This document shows positions 8,459 through 12,952 of a DNA stretch of 12,952 nt, in pieces. Position 1 is the stretch's first letter; every line of letters starts with the position of its first letter. The DNA comes from an uncultured Nitrososphaeraceae archaeon (GTDB taxonomy: Archaea > Thermoproteota > Nitrososphaeria > Nitrososphaerales > Nitrososphaeraceae): positions 1 through 12,952 of the forward strand of contig CAWIMJ010000032.1 in assembly GCA_963837175.1 (NCBI GenBank). Direction: 5' to 3'. The translations under genes were made by a program, and so were the position numbers. The notes beneath the pieces were generated by a model, which had not been told where the DNA came from, made no database searches, and was given only the letters and a program-made list of their open reading frames with translations.

Positions 8459-8591
8459 AAGAGTAGATTATATCATGCATATGTTGGTAGTGATCTAACA
8501 ACATTCCTACAGCTTTAAATAAAATTAAGAGATTGTAGGAAGAGGTAGGAGAAATAATTATTTAGATAAATAATAATACCTCTGTCTTATC

Positions 8592-9071
8592 TTATCTTAT
8601 CGTTTCTTCTTTTATCAAAGTTTTACGTGCTGTAGATATCAAATATACTGACATGCCAATCATTATTACTTGAAGTGCTTTACTAACCATGTCTAGCTTG
8701 CCTATGTAATACTCTACTCCCACTATTGGAACACCAATTGTTCTAGATGCTACATACGTTGCAATTAATATAACAGATACTGCTGCTACAACAATGTATG
8801 GAATCTTACTTCTAATCTTTGTCTTAAGGATCCAAACAAATAATCCAAGATATACAATTCCAGCGCCTATAAAAAGAGTCATTTCAACTTGTTTTTCTTG
8901 TGTTTCACCTTGGATACCTACTTCCAAAAATTCAAGTAAATCGCCATATTCTTGTGATGCAACTATAAAGTAGATTACAGCTGTTGATACTATTAGTGCT
9001 AACAAAATATACATTATAATAATGGAGCAAGAGGTGATAGACATCTTTCTTATAAACAACTTATCATACAT
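8592..9071 (-). CDS. Hypothetical four-helix membrane protein
   Basis: Intact 159-aa ORF with four hydrophobic segments; loop ASRTIGVP and GKLDMVSKALQ. Confidence 0.82.
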   Translation of the reverse strand: MYDKLFIRKMSITSCSIIIMYILLALIVSTAVIYFIVASQEYGDLLEFLEVGIQGETQEKQVEMTLFIGAGIVYLGLFVWILKTKIRSKIPYIVVAAVSVILIATYVASRTIGVPIVGVEYYIGKLDMVSKALQVIMIGMSVYLISTARKTLIKEETIR

Positions 9072-9234
9072 CTTATTTAAATACTATAATAATAAACATC
9101 ACTAAGTTTATTATTAAAACCAAAAATCAAACTAATTCTTGGTATTAAAACCGAATTTATGGTACACATATTAAGATAATTGGTCAGTAATGAGATTGCA
9201 CTCATTTAATACATATGTGATCTACTGGGTGATT

Positions 9235-9693
9235 ATGGCAAACGTTCAATATGAAACAGAAATAAATGCACCAGTTCAAAAAGTATTTGAATATTATACT
9301 AATCCAGATAATATCAAAGAAGCATGGCCACGTGATATAGTCAAAGAATCAGAATCACTTTCAGGTTCAAAAAGTGAAGAAGGCTCTGAAATGAAAGTAA
9401 AAGGAGAATATATGGGGAAAGAAGAAGAAATGAGATTAGAAGTAAAAGATAAAGAACAGAATAGAAGACTGGTTACCAGACAAACAGAGGGGCCATTTAA
9501 GAAATGGGAAAGTATTCAGGAATTCCAAGGAAATGGAAATAGTACACATATTAGACATTCAATTGATTATGAATTACCGACAACTGGAAAAGTTGCAAAT
9601 ATGCTTTCTGGTAGTCAAGCAGACAATAAGATAAGAAAAGGATTAGAGCAAGTCTGCTCAAACAGTAAAGCAAAAACTAGAATCATCTGGTAG
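9235..9693 (+). CDS. SRPBCC (START/polyketide cyclase-dehydrase) family protein
   Basis: EINAPVQKVFEYYTNPDNIKEAWP and EGPFKKWE motifs. ATG 9235 lies about 23 bp after TTTAATA. Removing one base near 9652 gives a more typical end SAQTVKQKLESSGST with stop at 9700. Confidence 0.88.
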   Translation: MANVQYETEINAPVQKVFEYYTNPDNIKEAWPRDIVKESESLSGSKSEEGSEMKVKGEYMGKEEEMRLEVKDKEQNRRLVTRQTEGPFKKWESIQEFQGNGNSTHIRHSIDYELPTTGKVANMLSGSQADNKIRKGLEQVCSNSKAKTRIIW

Positions 9694-9711
9694 CACCTAG
9701 AGGAGAAAAGA

Positions 9712-10344
9712 TTGGACAAAGTTCTAGAGGCAGTTCTCAAACGACAAATTCCCTTTATTATAGGTGGTACTATAACAGGTATAATTATGACATATTACTA
9801 TGGCTTTTTATTTAGTATTATCATAAACAGTGCTATTTGGATGTTTATCTCTTTTATTGTCAATAAGTATTATTGGAAGTCAACAGGATTTAAAGATGAG
9901 AAGTATCTTATGCACTATGCATTGAAAATATTTACAAAACCATTTATTCTTACTCGCCTGAGAGCTGTTCACCTTTTAGTAGTAAATGACCATTGTTTAG
10001 CTGAATCTAATGCATTACCTGCTAGATCTTCTGCTCCTATATCTATTGCAGCAACATATTTAGTATTTGGAGAAAAGTCTTGCGTAGAATCAAATATAGC
10101 AGTTTTACCATCTGAGCTAAGAGAGACTATACCTGTTATAGCGGTAGTCTCATCTGCCTTTTTTACAGTGAATGTATTTGCATTAATAGACGGACTGCTC
10201 ATAGGCTCACTAAACGTAGCGCTAACAAGCGAGGTAACTGGAACTTCTGTGGCTCCATCCGCAGGCATAGTATTAAGTCACTTTTGGTGGTACTTTCTCG
10301 CCAGGTGGTTTTGTAGCAGAAGCGAGCAGCTGCTTTCTCTGTAG
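9712..10344 (+). CDS. Small two-helix membrane protein; only the first 75-85 codons look real, the rest is read-through antisense to the Ig-like gene
   Basis: TTG start preceded by GAGGAG, directly after the SRPBCC gene; two hydrophobic helices; beyond about 9969 the ORF mirrors the minus-strand Ig-like domain. Confidence 0.55.
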   Translation: MDKVLEAVLKRQIPFIIGGTITGIIMTYYYGFLFSIIINSAIWMFISFIVNKYYWKSTGFKDEKYLMHYALKIFTKPFILTRLRAVHLLVVNDHCLAESNALPARSSAPISIAATYLVFGEKSCVESNIAVLPSELRETIPVIAVVSSAFFTVNVFALIDGLLIGSLNVALTSEVTGTSVAPSAGIVLSHFWWYFLARWFCSRSEQLLSL

Positions 10345-11072
10345 CAGATTCTGCTCCTCTCATTCCAAAATAAAATGCAATTATTGTTGCTAATGCTGTT
10401 CCAAGTATTGTACCAAGGTTCTTTAGTATGTCAATCAAAGATTGAAGAACAGGGCTTGTTGAATTATTGATATTTAGAGTAATTAGAGCAAGAAGATAAA
10501 ATATAACTGTTCCAACTAATACTATAATTCCAAACGTCATTAAAGATCTATATAATCCTGGCATTCCGACAACTCGGCTATTATCTTTATCAGTACCTAT
10601 CCTTAGGTTTTTTTCTATAGGCTAGATACATATCAAAAACTAAGGGAATAATTATGATAAGAAAAATTACAATTATAAAAAGAGCTGGAAGATTATTATC
10701 AAAGATTGAATTTATTACTTTAGTAGCATTAACTGCAGTTGCATTAGCAGTAGTAGGTAATGGTCTAGCAGCAGCAGAAATACTGGAAATATTTTGTAAA
10801 GCTTGTGTAGCGTTAGTTAATGCAGCTGTTGCATTTGCCAAAGCGCTTGTAGTATTCTGGGTTATATTTGTAGCATTTTCTAAAGCACTTGTAGCATTTG
10901 CTAATGTACCAGTAACGTTTTCTGATATGGCATTCGTAGCATTCGTAGTATTAATTAATCCGCCATCAATAGTTGTCATGGATTTACTGGAATTAGGAAC
11001 GGTTGAAGAGAAACTAGCTATTACCTTCCCTGAAGACAAATTGTCGATGAATAATAGAGATACGAGCATCAC
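9969..11072 (-). pseudogene. Membrane/surface protein with N-x-T heptad stalk, three TM helices and a C-terminal Ig-like (Big_5/SbsA-type) domain, split over three ORFs
   Basis: ORFs 10590-11072, 10199-10564 and 9969-10268 join when single extra bases are removed (near 10597, 10324, 10278). C-terminus PADGATEVPVTSLVSATFSEPM...PNTKY...EDLAGNAL...WSFTT is typical of Big_5 domains. Confidence 0.82.
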
Positions 11073-11392
11073 TGCGGAAATTGTGTTTACGTATACTCTT
11101 TTCGTTTTGCTCGCAATATAACAATCGCTAAATCTTTTAAGCTTTTTATTGTGAGTGTTCTATAAAATATTTCAGGTTCTATATACTTAAAATCAAGCGT
11201 TTAAAACTGTCATAGAAATAGATTACAAGAAAATCTTCCTATATTATTATACTCATGGTTTGCCTTTATTCTTGTGTATATATGGCACAATATCCACATA
11301 GAGGAAAACTTTTTTCATGTTTTAGAAGGCAGATTATTCATTGTTGCAGTTGTGTAATAAATGTGTACCTTTCATAGCTTCTAAACAATTCT

Positions 11393-12222
11393 TTAAGATA
11401 ATTCAGCAGATTTATCATCCCAGTTTAGAATCACATTCTTTATTATATAGCCATCTGCACCTACAGCAGGAATGGATTTGAAAAAATCTCCTTCTATTAA
11501 TTTGGAACGAGAAAGAATATCATGGATGTTGTCTCTATTATTATTCTTTGAGTTTGCAGATTCTTTAGCATATATTTTCTTGGCACTTTCAATTGCATGA
11601 GGTAAATCAAATAATATACCATGAAGATTGGGATTATTCTTTAGAATAGTTAATAAAAGCATTCCTTGTCCTCCTCCAATATCAATAATAGTATTAAATT
11701 GTGAAAAATCATACATAGAAGAGATTAATGAAGCGTGTAAGGAGGTAAGCGAAGCCATTACGCTGTTAAATATTTGAGCCTCTTTTTGATTTTGCTCAAA
11801 ATACTCATATATTTCCAAGCCGTTTGCATGTTTAAATGAATTCTCCCCAGTTTGTATGCTGTATAAAAGATTATCTATAGCTTTCTTAAATGGTTCTATC
11901 AAAACAATAAAGCAAAATTTCTAATTGAATCTTTTGCTTCAGATTGAAGAAGAGATGCCATAGGTGTTAGCTCAAATCTTCTTATTCTTGTTTGATTAAC
12001 TTGTTGTTCTTGTTTTTCTCCTTCTTTCTCTTCTGCTTTTGTTTCACCAAATATACCAATGCTAGCTAGCATATGCAATAACCTATAAAGAGAATCAGGA
12101 TGAGTTTTGGTCTCTTCTGCTAATTTCTCAAGGCTTTTAGGACCATCTTTTAAATAATCAGTTATTCTTAGCTTTGCAACAATGTATATAGCCTGAGTAG
12201 TTAACTGGTCGCGAGCAAGCAT
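11393..12222 (-). pseudogene. SAM-dependent O-methyltransferase (Methyltransf_2 with N-terminal dimerisation domain), frameshifted and C-terminally incomplete
   Basis: AKLRITDYLKDGPKS..LAEET..HPDSLYRLL dimerisation domain; IIDIGGGQG, LFDLP, GDFF, ADGYIIKNVILNWDD. Split near 11900; after a further shift near 11401 it reads IILKNCLEAMK and then stops. Confidence 0.88.
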
Positions 12223-12341
12223 CTCAAAAATTTCTAACCTGGAGTTTGCATAGATAACAATTGATTTTGCTGTAATAATATTATTGTTTATAGTATTTGA
12301 CTATGGCCATATATACAATATCATATAAAGTATAAACTAAA

Positions 12342-12952
12342 TTGAACAATTCAATTATGTTGCCTGCGATTGTTACTGTTGTTATTATTGCTCTAATGCT
12401 TGTCATTATCAGCTTGGGAATATCTCTTCCAATTAACATCACAACATATGGTCAACAGGAGCATAAGCTCAATGATACAATCAGTGAAAACAGTAAAGTG
12501 GTAATTCTAACTTTTGGCGATACCCATAAAAGTCAATTTACTACAGCCAAACCAATCCTGGATAAATATGGATTTAAGGCAAGTTTTTTTATTACGTGTA
12601 GTTATGCAGAGGATTGAAAGAAAACACAGCATTTGAGCTGGAATGATATACTTACATTACAAGAAGATGGACAGGATATAGAGTCCAAAGGTATGACTCC
12701 AGTAAGTAATCCCCAAATCATGTGTCTTCAAAAGCTTTGGATTTTGAAACTGCCAATTCTAAACAATGCTTGGAAAATCACGGTATCAAAACACCAAACA
12801 TCTTTGCAGCAAAATATGGTAATGTATGGAATAATAAAACTGTGATAGATGCAATATCCAAGTACTACGGCTTTGCAGACAATGGAATTGCTTCATTAAT
12901 GTATTTGCATTGTGATGGATACAAAAACAAGTCTCCAAGTCAAACTGATTGT
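12342..12952 (+). pseudogene. Polysaccharide deacetylase (NodB/CE4-like), membrane-anchored, frameshifted, runs off the window end
   Basis: N-terminal TM helix; KVVILTFGD...AKPILDKYGFKASFFIT and LSWNDILTLQEDGQDIES in successive frames. Confidence 0.82.

Noticed and set aside
1472-11121. Shadow ORFs 1472-1765(-), 1575-2012(-), 2832-3044(-), 4950-5204(+), 6186-6377(+), 7022-7393(-), 7920-8180(+), 10654-11121(+)
   Set aside because: Each lies antisense to a better-supported gene and shows no protein motif.
1510-12222. Polyketide-tailoring gene cluster (SnoaL cyclase, SRPBCC, FkbM, O-methyltransferase)
   Set aside because: No PKS, ACP or NRPS genes; the genes are scattered on both strands and these folds are common outside secondary metabolism.

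Overview
AT-rich accessory region, most likely from a soil ammonia-oxidising archaeon (Nitrososphaeraceae-like). This is an inference from TATA boxes about 20-25 bp before start codons and from the protein families present. It carries a mixed set of cargo genes: SnoaL-like ester cyclase, FkbM methyltransferase, a copper-amine-oxidase-like protein, an alpha/beta hydrolase, an Lrp/AsnC regulator, an SRPBCC protein, an Ig-like surface protein, an O-methyltransferase, a NodB-type deacetylase and several membrane proteins. Many are broken by single-base indels, which may be sequencing errors. The main signal is a dispersed 40-50 bp imperfectly palindromic site, approximately GTTCG(G/A)TGG-N6/7-GACAGA(A/T)TTGACTC-N6/7-(C/T)CACCCAGA. 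It occurs five times in direct orientation (999, 2173, 6403, 7580, 8415) and once, degenerate, inverted (about 3401-3439). The copies divide 1-8.5 kb into modules of one or two genes, and one copy sits where the hydrolase gene appears to be cut off. The pattern suggests an undescribed cassette or recombination-site system; no recombinase gene is present in the window.
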